Position numbers and translations under genes: made by a program. The notes below the pieces were generated by a model. That model saw only the letters and a program-made list of their open reading frames with translations, was not told where the DNA came from and ran no database searches. 64,000 nt of DNA from the human T2T-CHM13v2.0 reference genome, Homo sapiens. Shown here in pieces: positions 1-15,797 of the stretch (positions within the stretch are counted from its first letter, which is position 1; every line of letters starts with the position of its first letter). The stretch lies in assembly GCF_009914755.1 (NCBI RefSeq), contig NC_060941.1; one strand, given 5' to 3'.

Positions 1-389
1 CAACATGCTCTACCAGCTGAGAGATACTGGTAGACATCTCTCTCACGTCCAAGAACTGAACAAAGGGTGTGCCCTGACAGGCAAAATGCTGGTTCACAGA
101 CAGCATGTCTCTAAGCACGCTTGCTTCATGGCTGGTGGAGCAGGAGAAATAACTAAGCATTTGGGACCAAAAAGCAAGAACCTTAAATTTCCTTTAAGCT
201 GGAATGAAGGCTGTTGGCTATAATTAGGAATGGAAACAAACAGATGTTGATAATTTCAACAATAAATTCAAACCAAGATTTTTATCAAGTATTTAGAGTA
301 TTTTAACAGTTATTAACTACTTCAAGGTTTTCAGTGCATTTTTCTACTATGGGTTTTCTATGTATCCTCTCAGTTGTTAGGAAGTTTAC

Positions 390-570
390 ATGGCAGCTAA
401 AAGCACTGATTTCGAGTCCTTTACATCTGGGTTTGAATGCTCACATTGCAAACTCAATAGCAGTGATACCTTGTGAAAGCTACTTAACCTCCATGTGTTT
501 CAGCTTATTCATCTGTAAAATGGTCATAATTATACCCCTCTACCCTCGGACATTGAATAAGTACTTTTTA
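390..570 (+). mobile_element. MIR SINE fragment
   Basis: MIR core-like text 'ttaacctccatgtgtttcagcttattcatctgtaaaatgg'; boundaries approximate. Confidence 0.6.
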
Positions 571-720
571 AAAAAGATCATTAATAGTATGCTTCTGATT
601 ATGTTATGCATAAGGGAGATTTTTAAATAACATTTTTGTTTTATAAACATTGCTACTGAAATCACAACAATCCTTACACATGAGGAATGAATGAATTCAA
701 TTATCATAATCCAATTCTCT

Positions 721-1036
<316 letters not shown>

Positions 1037-1475
1037 TCAGTCAACTACAAGTCACAAGCAAAATATCTATATAACAACTGTTCAAAGACTCGCGAAAATA
1101 AGCTAAGATTCACTACGCAAGTTTTTCTGGCTTAACCTGCAAATTTGCAGTACATGCTCAAGTATCTCCAAGGAAAAGAATCAAAAGGGCACGATTGTTT
1201 AGTTTTGAATAAGCACTGTCCAAACAAAAAAAAAAAAATGAAGAAAAGCAGCAGAAGAATGTCTCATGAGCCGGGAACTCTGCAACTAAGAGTCACAGCA
1301 AATTATGTATGAGATTAGACTATTTTAAGATTCCATGTTGGTCCAATGATGTACCTTCTTTTTCACTGGATAATTTTTAGAGCCACTAATAGACCATTAT
1401 GCTCTAAAATAATATTTTATTACAAATAAAATATTTTCTATTAACCTATAGGCACCATGTATAAAATAATTAAAT

Positions 1476-1600
1476 GGCTTGGCACAGTGGCACATGCTTG
1501 CAGACCCAGCTATTTGAGATGCTGAGGCAGAAGGATCACTTGAGCCCAGGAGTTTGGGTCCAGCCTGGACAACACAGCAAGATCTCATGTCTTAAGAAAA
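1476..1600 (+). mobile_element. Alu monomer (FLAM/FRAM-like)
   Basis: Single-arm Alu, 'ggatcacttgagcccaggagttt', short A-rich end. Confidence 0.85.
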
Positions 1601-1769
1601 TAATTGAATGCATAACTATTAACTCAAAGATAGTGGCAAATATTAACAGAATATGATATTAAATACAATGCTTCAGCAATTCACAAAACGTTAGAAGCTC
1701 ATTTTACTTGAAATTCTAAGTTTGGTTATCAAATACAAAACTTTCAATTTGGTTGGGTCTTAAAAATCA

Positions 1770-1783
1770 CCACTAGGTGGTGC
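1770..1783 (+). promoter_or_regulatory. Candidate CTCF motif
   Basis: CCACTAGGTGGTGC, one mismatch to the CCASYAGRKGGCRS core, in apparently unique sequence. Confidence 0.4.
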
Positions 1784-4606
1784 CAATATACACCTTAACA
1801 GCAACTCAAATTTCAGTTTGCATTGGAAAGCCATAGGGTAGTAAGTAAGCACTAAAGTAATATAGTCGCTTACTCTGTTTGCCTCCAGGAAGAACTACTA
1901 ATTATCCTAGATGACAAATAGGATGTTATCATCTCTTACAAGAGACCAAGGAAGGTGTTCCTATGACTTCTGTGTGCAAACCTTTCATGACAAACTTTTA
2001 TAATTATTCAGTATCTACTTTGTGCCAGATACCAGGTCAAACCCTGGGAATTAAAAAAGGAGTGGAGAACAGGAAAGCATTGTACATAAATAACAACAAT
2101 ATAGTATGATAGGTAAGGTAATAAAAGCATGTACTGTAGTGACAAAGATTATCCCAATAAACCACCTTCAGTGAGGAACACTAAGAGTAAGAGCATACAG
2201 GGTCTGGCCTCCGGGTTTCTGTTGACTTCCATCTACCAACAACACTTCCACCCACCAAAACCTCCCCTACCACTTCTCTCTGTCTCTGTTGCTCTTGTTC
2301 TCATTAATGAGCTAATTACAGTTCCCAAGAGCGCCATGTCTTCATGGTTTTGCCCATGGAGTTCATTCTGCCTCACACCTTTTCCTGGTTCCTTCTTCCC
2401 CATGTGCTTGCCAGATTCCCTCTCCTTCTCCAAAAGTCTAAGCACTAGGTCCTCTATGGAGTCACTCTTAATACTCTACCTCCAACGTCAGTTTTATGGT
2501 CTTTGCTCTGTTACCTTTTTTTTTTCCTTTTTAGAACTTCCTAAATGGTTAACATAAATTAATAGCAATTGATTTTTTAAACTAGTAAGTTTAAAAATAT
2601 TTATTAAAAGGGACATATATTTTCACTGGCTTTTAAGTGAAACAAAGAGGTTCTAAAAAGTTCTGAATTAGTGAGTAGTAATGGATAAAATATAAAGGTA
2701 TAATAATGACATTGGCAAACAATAGTTCACTGTAAAGGAATTCTGAAACCTTTTTTTTAAAGTAGCCTTGTTAATTTGCATGTGTCACTTATATATAGGA
2801 CAATCTATAGTAGGAAGTCAAGATGAGAGGGGCTCCTTCAGATCAGTCACAGGCAGACTACATGCACAACCCCACAGAAAAGGAAGATACTGTGGGGAGG
2901 GGTGGGGTATGGAGAACCGGAAGGTGGTTGGCCCAGTCAGAGTAGAAGGCTGTGTTAAGGAATGCTGGGGAACAGTTGGAAATGTACATGGGGGTCAGAT
3001 TTGATATGATATGAAAACCAGGCTTAGGGAGTTTACATTTGAGGGAGTTTACATTTGATGTGACTGGAAACAAGGAATCAGTGAAGACTTTTCTAGTTAA
3101 AGACATCAATAAGGTGCTCAGTGGGGGGAATGGTAGGAGAAATGAGGAAAGGAAAATTGGAGTTGTTTCACGGGGAAACTGGACAGAATCTTAAAACCTA
3201 CTGAACATAAGGGACAAAAATATATTTGAGTTAGGCAGAAGAGAAAAAGGAATTTATTTCAGATGACCATATCTCAAATGTACTCCTGAAGCGTCTAAGT
3301 TAGATTCACCCACTAACAGAATTCAGTGTTATCCTTGGTTGACTTCTTGAAATATATGGAACCAATTATAATCAGGAAGAAAATTCTCTGTGAATGGTCT
3401 ACTAGGTATGGTATTAACAAAACCTTATTCGTAAGTATTATTCATTTACTTGAGGAGGAACGTACACTTTCTGAATAGGTGTTGCTTAATCACACTGATT
3501 TGGCCTGTCTTCCTTCCTTTTTGAATTTAAATGGAATCTTAAGTTACCATGAACGTTCCTATTTCTCAGGAGAGGTGTCCATCTACCCATGCCATGTTTT
3601 TTGGCCTTTCACTATCTCCTTAGACAACTCCAATTTAGGTTCCACTCCTGCACTTCAATAAACCTTGACCAAACTTCCCAAACTGCTAAATTCACTGGTT
3701 GGTTTTCTATGCTCATCTTACTTAATTTCTCAGTATTTGACACTGACTCCCATTTCCTCAACACACTCTTCTATTGGCTTCTTTGAGCCACGTTCTCTTC
3801 ATTTTCCTTCTGCTTCTCTGGTTTTCCTTCTCAGTCTCCTTTGCTGACTCCTCTTTTTCTGCTGATCTCTAAATATTCCAGTTCTCTAGGGTTGAGTCTA
3901 GTATCACTTCAAATACCATTCAAGGGTCTTCCATTTAAGGAGGATAAAGTAATGATATCTTGGCCCCCTTTCTACCCTCAGAAAATCAACAAGAATAACA
4001 AAAACAGAAAAAGACATCGCCTACGATGAAACAAAAAACTAGCCACAACTCTGAACCACAATCTAGGAAGAAAGATTGTGAAAAGCTATGAAAACTAGAC
4101 CTAGTTGAGGCAGGTTGCTAAGACTGAATATGTGCCTCTCCAAATCTCCGGCACTGGAGTAGAGTTCTCCAGAAGTAGGTTGCAGTTCCTGAGTAGCCAA
4201 ACCAAAAGTCTTGCTAAGAATGTCAGGGTCTCAGTATGCAGGTGGCTTTGGAACAAAATAAGTCCCATTTGACACTTCTAAGTATATGTAAGGTGAGGTT
4301 AAATGAAGAAATAACTAGAAATTCCTTTTTTTAAAAAAAAACAGGCTGTCATAGTGGTGAGGCAAAAGAGAAAAAGTGCAGTGGCTCTGCAGCAGATGAT
4401 CTTGATAAATGAAAAGAGGCAATGCTAAATCACCTCCCAGAAGTCTCAGACATACATAGGGAACTTGCTTTCTAGTTAGGCAATCTTCTTGCCATTTCAG
4501 GGCAGACAGTTGGTGAGACAGGGAATGAGCAGCAGACCACCAAACTCAGTGCATTTTATCTTTCAACCCAGAATGAACCATACCTACTCAAAGATGACAA
4601 TCATTA

Positions 4607-5131
<525 letters not shown>

Positions 5132-5357
5132 TTAAAAGGAGAAATTGTGTTTAAAATCATTTTTTCAAGAGATAAAAAGCTAGAAGAGCTCAAGAAAAAA
5201 ACCAGAAGAGAGAAAAAAAATCCACAGTAATAAAGGTCATATTAAAAGACATAAAGAGAATGGACACTGCTGAAAATAGAAGGAGACAGGAAGAAAAGGT
5301 GGAGAAAAGTAAGCAAAATAATTTTTTGTATTATCTCATTTATATGTAAAATCTTAA

Positions 5358-7485
<2,128 letters not shown>

Positions 7486-7605
7486 GAGGTATCTGATAAT
7501 GGTGACATTTCAAAACAGTAAATAAATATACCAACAATAAACATCAATAAACAGTGTTAGAAAATGGGCTAGTCACTTGGAAAAATAAAAAACACACATC
7601 ATTAC

Positions 7606-8050
7606 TGTCATAAGTTGAACTGTATTCTCCCAAAAGATACACTGAAATCCTAACCCCTAGTATCTGTGGATGTAACCTTATCTGGAAATAGGGTTTTTGC
7701 AGGTGAAATCAAGTTAGGAGGAGGTCATTAGGGTGGACCTGAAACCAATAAAAGAGAAAAATGCCCCACGAAGGGAGAGACAGGGAGAACACTGTGCAAT
7801 GACAGAGGCAGAGACTAGAAGAAGAATGCAGCCACAAGTCAAGCCAAGCCAAGGATTGACGACCACTGCCAGCAGCTAGGAAGAGTCCAGGAAGGGTATC
7901 TCCCTTGACGGTTTTGGGGGGTATTGCTCTGCTGACACCTTGAATTTGGACTTCTAGTTTTCTGAACTGTGAGACAATACACTTCTTTATTTTAAGCCCC
8001 CCTGGTTTGTGGTAATTTGTTACAGTAACCGTAGGAATAAAACTAGTTAT
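7606..8050 (+). mobile_element. MaLR solo LTR (MLT1B/C-like)
   Basis: Typical MLT1 motifs 'accttatctggaaataggg', 'gacaccttgaatttggacttctag', 'gtggtaatttgttacag'. Confidence 0.8.
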
Positions 8051-9000
8051 ACTAAAATAAATTCAATAAAAATGTCTCATTCTTCCTTACAAATAAAGAA
8101 ATGTAAATCAAATCAACAATAAGATATGCTTCTTCACCTATATAGAGCAAGAGTTTTGATAGTGAACGGTGTTAGCAAAAATATGCAACCTCAGGTATCT
8201 TCACTGTCACAGGTATCATCTTAACTGATCTGCTCAAACCACTCTCCATCCGTTCCCCATACAGTAGCAAGTATGATCTTAAAATATAAATCTTATCTTA
8301 CTCTGCATTCCTAGCCTTAAATCTTTTCAATGGGAAACTTTAATCTCAAGCCAATCTGACACACAGACATTGGTTCATCTCATGCCATCTACCTCTGATT
8401 ACTGTGTGCACTGGCCTTTATTCATCTAAATTCCCCTATCCCCATCATTCCACACCTGTTTGTTTCCTAAATTTCACACAAGTTCCTTATCCATCAAAAT
8501 TTCTCTATCCCCCATCATTCCACACCTGTATGTTTCCTTTGTAATACCGGTCACAAGTTGTTTTTTGTTTACTTGTTTATTGTCTACCTGCAAAGGAATA
8601 GAGGACATATCTATCTTGTTCATGTTTTATCTTCAGAACGATCTTCTCTTTATGTGGACAACTTCACACAATCTAGATACAAACAGCAACTTTTATTCTA
8701 GAAAAATACAATTAAATGGTATCTACTCCAACTCAACTTCTGAGACAGACTTTTCATTGCTGGAGAAGAAGGTCACAGAATATATGGGTCTCAATTGGAA
8801 TTGGAAGAATCAGTACAAACTCATAGTATATGCAGGGCAAAGAGAGAGAAGAGGGAGAGAGGAAGAAATAGGTATGCACACACACACATTTCCTAACTCT
8901 GTCCACTTAGAGAAACAGTAACACCAGATAAAGGCCTGGAAATACCATTTTTCTTAACTAAAAGGACTCAGGGCTCCTTGAAGAAAAGCGGATTCTATCA

Positions 9001-9495
<495 letters not shown>

Positions 9496-10701
9496 CTATG
9501 AATTAGAAACCAGAATTGCGTCAAAATTACACTTTCTGATTTTCATCACTGTATTGTGGTTATGTAAGAGAAGATCCTTGTTCTTAAGAAACACACCCTG
9601 AATTATTTAATGATAGGGGCCTGATGTCTCCAATTTATTCTCCAATGGTTACAAAAAATAACTACATACATATATAAAAATATACAAAGAGAAATTAAGA
9701 AGCAAATAGAGCAAAATGTAAACAACTGATAAAGAACAAAAGGGGGTTTCTTGTAGTATCGTCTACCTTTTTTGTAAATTTGAAATTATATCAAAATTAG
9801 AAGTTGATAATAAAAATCCAACTTCTAATCCTCTTTATATAGTTAATTAATTAATTTAGAATAGGCAAGATAGACTCTTAGTAAAAGACTCAAAAGATGT
9901 AAATGAATACACAGTGAAAAGTGTTTCTCTCTCCTCTTTCCTATACCTTCCCTCCTCAGAGGCAACCACTGCTGCTGGTTTCCTGTGAATTCATTTAGAA
10001 ACAGTTTAGTTGTTGTTTTTGAATGAATGGCAATTTTTTTTTCTCTAATTAAAATGTTTATCTTGGCAAAAGTCTCATGTAAGTAGATAGAGAAAAGCCG
10101 AGTTTTTTATGGCTTCATAGTATTCCATTTCATGGGTGATTATACAATAATATATTTAATCAGTCCCTATTGGACATTTAGTTTTGTTACTATGAACAAT
10201 GCAAGTATAAATATAATGGTAGCTATTTCTTTGTGCATATGTGTATGTATATCTGTAGAACGCACATCTAGAATTCAAATTATTAGTTCAAAGGATATAA
10301 GCAATTTAAATTTATGAATTATATTGCCAAATTAGTCTCCAAAGAGACTGTACCAATTTAAACTTCTGCTTATAATGTATGAGACTTTCTGTTTCATGGG
10401 TGTGGGTTTTTAAACCAACGATACTGGCCTATTTAGAAAGGACAGAGTTTTATTTTCAAAATACACAAAACTTTGACCCCTTTCTACACTTATGCAATGT
10501 TCATTAGGTTACTTTCAATAAGGTTCAGCCCACCTTGCCAGTTCTTAGATGAGAATCTCTCCCAAGGGTGAAAGCATCTTGTTTCTGCTTCTCTTGGCAA
10601 AAATCATGGTTTCCATGTGATGGAGTCAATTAGTTTTATCCCCTTGTTAGACTGTGTGTTCCTGAGATGGACAGGGACCATATGTTGGAAAGAGTAGGAG
10701 C

Positions 10702-10973
10702 TTTATTTTATTTTTGTTTTTATTTTTCTAGAGACAGGGTCTCGTTCTGTCACTTAGGCTACAGTGCAGTGGTATGACCATAGCTCACTGTAACTTCAAA
10801 CTCCTGGGCTCAAGTGGTTCTTCTGCCTCAGGCTCCCCAATAGCTGGGACTACAGGTGTACACCACCATGCCTGGCCAATTTTTTGATTTTTCTGTAGAG
10901 ACAGGTTCTCTCTATGCTGTCCAGGCTGGTCTGGAGCTCCTGGCCACAAATGATCCCCCTACCTTGGTCTCCA
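10702..10973 (-). mobile_element. Alu (AluJ-like)
   Basis: Antisense diverged Alu. Confidence 0.9.
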
Positions 10974-11063
10974 ATTATGAGCTTTAGAGTCATACAGCAC
11001 TGGAGCCCTGGGTTTGAACCCTGGCTCTGCCAGTTACTGATTGTGTGCATTTATAAACATCTG

Positions 11064-11283
11064 AGTAACTAGTAAGTGTCCATGTGCCAGGTACTATGTC
11101 AAGAGCACTCAAGCTGTCTTAAAATGATTTGGAAAAGATGCTTTGTTTTGACCTTTTGTTAACACACTGAAGCCTAGAATTGACAACTTGGAAGAGGGCA
11201 CTTAAGAAGCACCACCACAGTCCACCAGTGCAGCACTCAAGCTCTTGACATAGTACTTGGCACATGGACACTTACTAGTTACT
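11064..11283. repeat. 43-bp inverted repeat enclosing a duplicated 120-bp segment
   Basis: 11064-11106 is the reverse complement of 11241-11283 (1 mismatch); interior 11117-11235 matches 11644-11763. Confidence 0.95.
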
Positions 11284-11643
11284 AGAAGAATAAGACATAG
11301 TATTATTGTACTCAAAGGCTTATATAAATAGACAATGCTATGCAGTAAGCACAACGATAGAGGGTTTAAAAACTAGGCTTTTTTTTTTTTTTTAAACTTA
11401 TTCCCTTCTTGTTCTCATTCTCCTCTGTCTCTCAATCTCTCTCTCTGTTCCAGAAAAGATTTAAGGCAATAACAAAGATAGAAAGAATGTCATGGAAGCT
11501 TAGAGAAGGATACCTAAACCAGCTTTAGGAGTGGGAGGCTTCAAAGAAGACTTCCTAAAAATTGTATTGCTTGACATTTGAATTATTTATGCAATTATAT
11601 AATCTCCACATAGACAGTTCTAACCACTTCTTGGTTTACACTT

Positions 11644-11763
11644 TCTTAAAATGATTTGGAAAAGGATGCTTTATTTTGATCTTTTGTTAACACACTGAAG
11701 CCTAGAATTAACAACTTGGAAGACAGCACTTAAGAACCACCACCACAGCCCATCAGTGCAGCA
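11644..11763 (+). repeat. Second copy (probable donor) of 120-bp local duplication
   Basis: Direct repeat of 11117-11235, about 9 differences by eye. Confidence 0.95.
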
Positions 11764-12579
11764 TATGGGTATTCCCAGGCCCATCGATAGCAGAGGAAAG
11801 GGTGTATTGATTAAGAAGGTGGACTCTGGGATCTGGCTGCAGTTTAGCACTGACTAGCTCTATGATCACGTGGAAGCTGTTTAACCTCCCTGTGCCTCAC
11901 TTTCTTCAACTGATATAGTACCTTTCCCTCAGAGGATTGTTACAAGAAGTGAGATACTCTGCATAAAGTGCTCAGCACACTAATTAGTACATGGTAACAG
12001 CACAATAATACCAAGTCGTATTTTTATTATGAGCAATAGCAGAAGTCATAAGAATGGCAGGAAATATCTTTCTTCCACTTGAGACCCATTGTTCAGCATG
12101 CGGCATCAGTGCTATGTTTCTGTTTAACATCACAGTGAGGGTTACTTCTGCTAGCACAGCGAACGGTGATCCAGCTTGGCTTCATGTTTATAAAGCATTC
12201 TTCTAGCAGTTCATGGGGACCCTCTAAGGCCAAATGCCTTCAGTAAAATTGCTTAGGCTTACCACAGGACATAAGAACTAGTTAGGACCACAGGTGGTGG
12301 ATTAAATGACTGACGTTGTGACTTCATTTCTTGGCTTTCTTCTTCTGGTGCAATATTTCTTCATTTGAGCTGCACAAATGGTAGTTAACCAGAAGATGTG
12401 GTCAGGAGATGCCTAGATGAATTATCTTACCTTTCCTCTGCAATGGAAAACAACTGTTTTTGATATATACGTTTTTAGGTGATGCTTGCTTTTTCAAAAC
12501 ACAATTCTTTTATTTATTATGGCATGCCTAATTTTAAATGTTATTGATGTATTTAATTGTATTTGTATCCAGTTGTTTA

Positions 12580-13250
12580 TTCAATCAATCATTAGTTATT
12601 AGCACTCATGTTCCAAGCATTGTGCTGGGAGCCACAAGCAGAAGAATAAACAGCAGACTCATCTCCACCCTAATGCAGGCAATGATAAGGACAGACACTA
12701 AATGGAGGTCCAGGGAGAGCCAATAGAATGCACTGTACTGGTGGAGGGAAGCAGCAGTGTTTGAGGAATCCAGAGCAGGGCATGTGACTATACCACAGCA
12801 GAGAGAGCATAGGGAGAGAGGTGTGGGAGGAGGGCCAGAGCGCGCAAGGCCTTAGGGCTTGTGGACTTTATCCAAGGGTGGAGCTTTAAGTATTGATCAC
12901 ATTTGCTTTTTTGAAAGCTTCCCTTTGGCTGCAGGGTGTAAGGAATTGAGTGCCTGCTAATGGACCAATTAGGAAGCACTACGCTGGTCTCAGGAAGGAA
13001 TGACGGGGTCTCTGGTTGGGATGGAGCAGTAGAGAGACAGAGAAGTAGACAGGCTTTAAGAGTAGAGATATAATCTATTGGAGACGGTAACTTACTGGGT
13101 ATGAGAGGCAAGAAAGAAGGAAGTGTCAGGGTAAGTATCTCACATGAGCTACTGAGCAGACCGTGATGCTCCATTAATGAGGATAGGGACAGGAGGCAAC
13201 TGTGATTCAGACAGACTATGCAATCTGTTTGAGACACCTGAGAGAGATCC
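12580..13250 (-). mobile_element. L2 LINE remnant
   Basis: Antisense L2 3'-end text 'attcaatcaatc...agcattgtgctggg' and degenerate L2 body; boundaries approximate. Confidence 0.6.
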
Positions 13251-13697
13251 AAGTGAAGATGTTTCTCACACTTCTTTCTCTCATAGAATTAAACCCGATC
13301 CCCTGAACACAAAGTGAACAACACCAAGGATGGCAAACACAGATCATCAGCAGTGGAGAGAGCAAGCAGATAACCACACCATCACGGCCAGCAAACACGG
13401 CAAGGAGAACACATACTTCATTGCCCCATTTAAAAGTGGAAAAATATTTTAAAGAGACAGGAGATATCTGGGTTCTATTTAAATTTTTTTTTTTTTTTAC
13501 TAACTGAATTCATCATACCAAGTTCCTCAGTGATTCAACCTTCCTGGTATAATAGAAACAAACACAATAGCTTCCTCCCATAAAACGTTAACTACTAAGG
13601 TCTCATGCAATTCAGTTTTTTAAAAAATACAATAAAGAAGCTATACAATGTCAGCACATGAATAAATCACCATAGCATTATTTAGCTATGAAGTGCT

Positions 13698-14080
13698 TGT
13701 AAGATTCTCCCCGGGGCCTGAAAGCTTAAGGAGATGAATAACTCCTCTCTTCTCAGGCCCAGTTCCAAGGTGCAACTTGGGGCAGCAACTTGCGCCAGCA
13801 AGACAGCAGGAGGAGGAAGAGAGTCCGCCTGAAGACAAGTACTCCTAAAGACTGAGAAAGAGGCCATCCGGGTACAACATAGCAGTTACGTCAGACTACG
13901 ACACTTCCTGTTTACAGGAGACTATAAAACCTTTGCCCCGTCCTCACTTGGTGCTGAGGCCATTTTAGGCCTCAGCCCGCCTGCACCCAGGTGCTCATTA
14001 AAACAGCATGTTGCTTCACACCACCTCATGTTGTCTGTTAGCGCGCTCTCGGGGTTCGAACCGATACAAGACCCTTAACG
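13698..14080 (+). mobile_element. ERV1 solo LTR (MER48-like)
   Basis: Starts TG, 5-bp TSD GTGCT at 13693-13697 and 14081-14085, TATAAAA at 13923, ATTAAA at 13997; family from recalled consensus. Confidence 0.85.
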
Positions 14081-14491
14081 GTGCTGAGTGTCCAATAATG
14101 ACAGGCATGAAGATTTAAACCAAAACATGAGAATGAAAATTACCTATTAATAATATGACACTGATTTTCTCTTTCAACCAACAATAAACATAATTTATCC
14201 AACATAGGGCTCAATATTTATATATTTATTCCTTTTCATCCATTCCATTTAGAAATGATTTCCCATTATGGTAACATTTGGCTACTTGGCATACCTAGGG
14301 AAGTAGTTAGCTGCATTTTACCTTAACTGGGGAGTTAGCTTATTTATAAATCAACACTGCTCAGGAAAATGAAGGATACCTGGACCTGATGTAGAAAACT
14401 CTTTAGTAGGCATTGACAATTATATGAATTGATAACAATTATGCATTTTAAATAATATTAAAAACCATGTGAATTACAGTATTAAACATAC

Positions 14492-14783
14492 TTTTTTTTT
14501 TGAGACTGTCTCACAGTGTTGTCTGGACTGCAGAGCAGTGGCATGATCGCAGCCTCACTACAACCTCCACCTCACAAGCTTAAGTGATCCTCCCACCTCA
14601 GCTTCCTGAGTAGCTGGGACTACAGGCGTGGGCCACCACATCCAGCTAATTTTTGTATTTCTTGTAGAGACGGGGTTTTTGCCATGTTGCCCAAGCTGTT
14701 CTCGAACTCCTAAGCTCAAGCAATCTGCTGGCCTCAGCCTTCCAAAGTGTTGGGATTACAGGTGTGAGCCACCATGCCCAGCC
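14492..14783 (-). mobile_element. Alu (AluJb-like)
   Basis: Antisense Alu, flanks AAACAT(A/C)CTTTT. Confidence 0.93.
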
Positions 14784-15020
14784 AAACATCCTTTTAAAAA
14801 ACAAGTAAATCCCACAGATGGCTGAGGACTTTAACTAAATAGAATAAACTTAAGATTCTCATCCCTTCCCACTCTCAAATTTATACTGGTAGGAAGCCTC
14901 TCTACCTTACATGGTACTGAGGTATTTCACTCCATGGGACGGGTCTCTGGACGACAGGAAACCTAAACAGTATATCCTGTCACTTTTAAATAACTATGCC
15001 TAATTCAGAAAATGACATAA

Positions 15021-15338
<318 letters not shown>

Positions 15339-15488
15339 TGCTGCATCACTTTTCTAAAAACATAGTTTCTTATCCCACTTTTCATAACATGTGAAGACTG
15401 TGATGTATTTAAAGAAAGGTTTTCCAAGGTGTTATTAAAAATCCTCAGGTACCCAGATAGGCAGCTTTTGGGCACAGGCTGGGAGGCA

Positions 15489-15797
15489 CAGTAGTCCCCC
15501 TTATCCAAAGTTTCGCTTTTCGTGGTTTCAGTTATCTTCGGTCAACCATGGCCCAAAAACATGAAGATATTTCGAGAGAAACATCACATTCATATAACTT
15601 TTATTACAGTTTATTGTTATAATTGTTCTATTTTATTATTGCTGTTAATCTCTTACTGTGCCTAAATTAAAAATTAAACGTCATCACATCTATGTACATA
15701 TAGAAAAAAACAGTATATATAGTGTTCAGTATAGGTGGTCTCAGGCATCCACTAGATGTCTTGGAGTGTATCCCTCACAGATAAGGAGGAGCTATTG
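15489..15797 (-). mobile_element. MER44A-like Tigger-family DNA transposon
   Basis: Terminal inverted repeats CAGTAGTCCCCCTTATC / GATAAGGAGGAGCTATTG followed by TA. Confidence 0.8.

Noticed and set aside
3263-3405. Plus-strand AG...GT bounded segment starting with ATG
   Set aside because: Early stops in all frames, modest splice signals, likely degenerate repeat.
8422-8538. Diverged ~70-bp-period tandem duplication
   Set aside because: Real but ordinary local duplication with no further structure.
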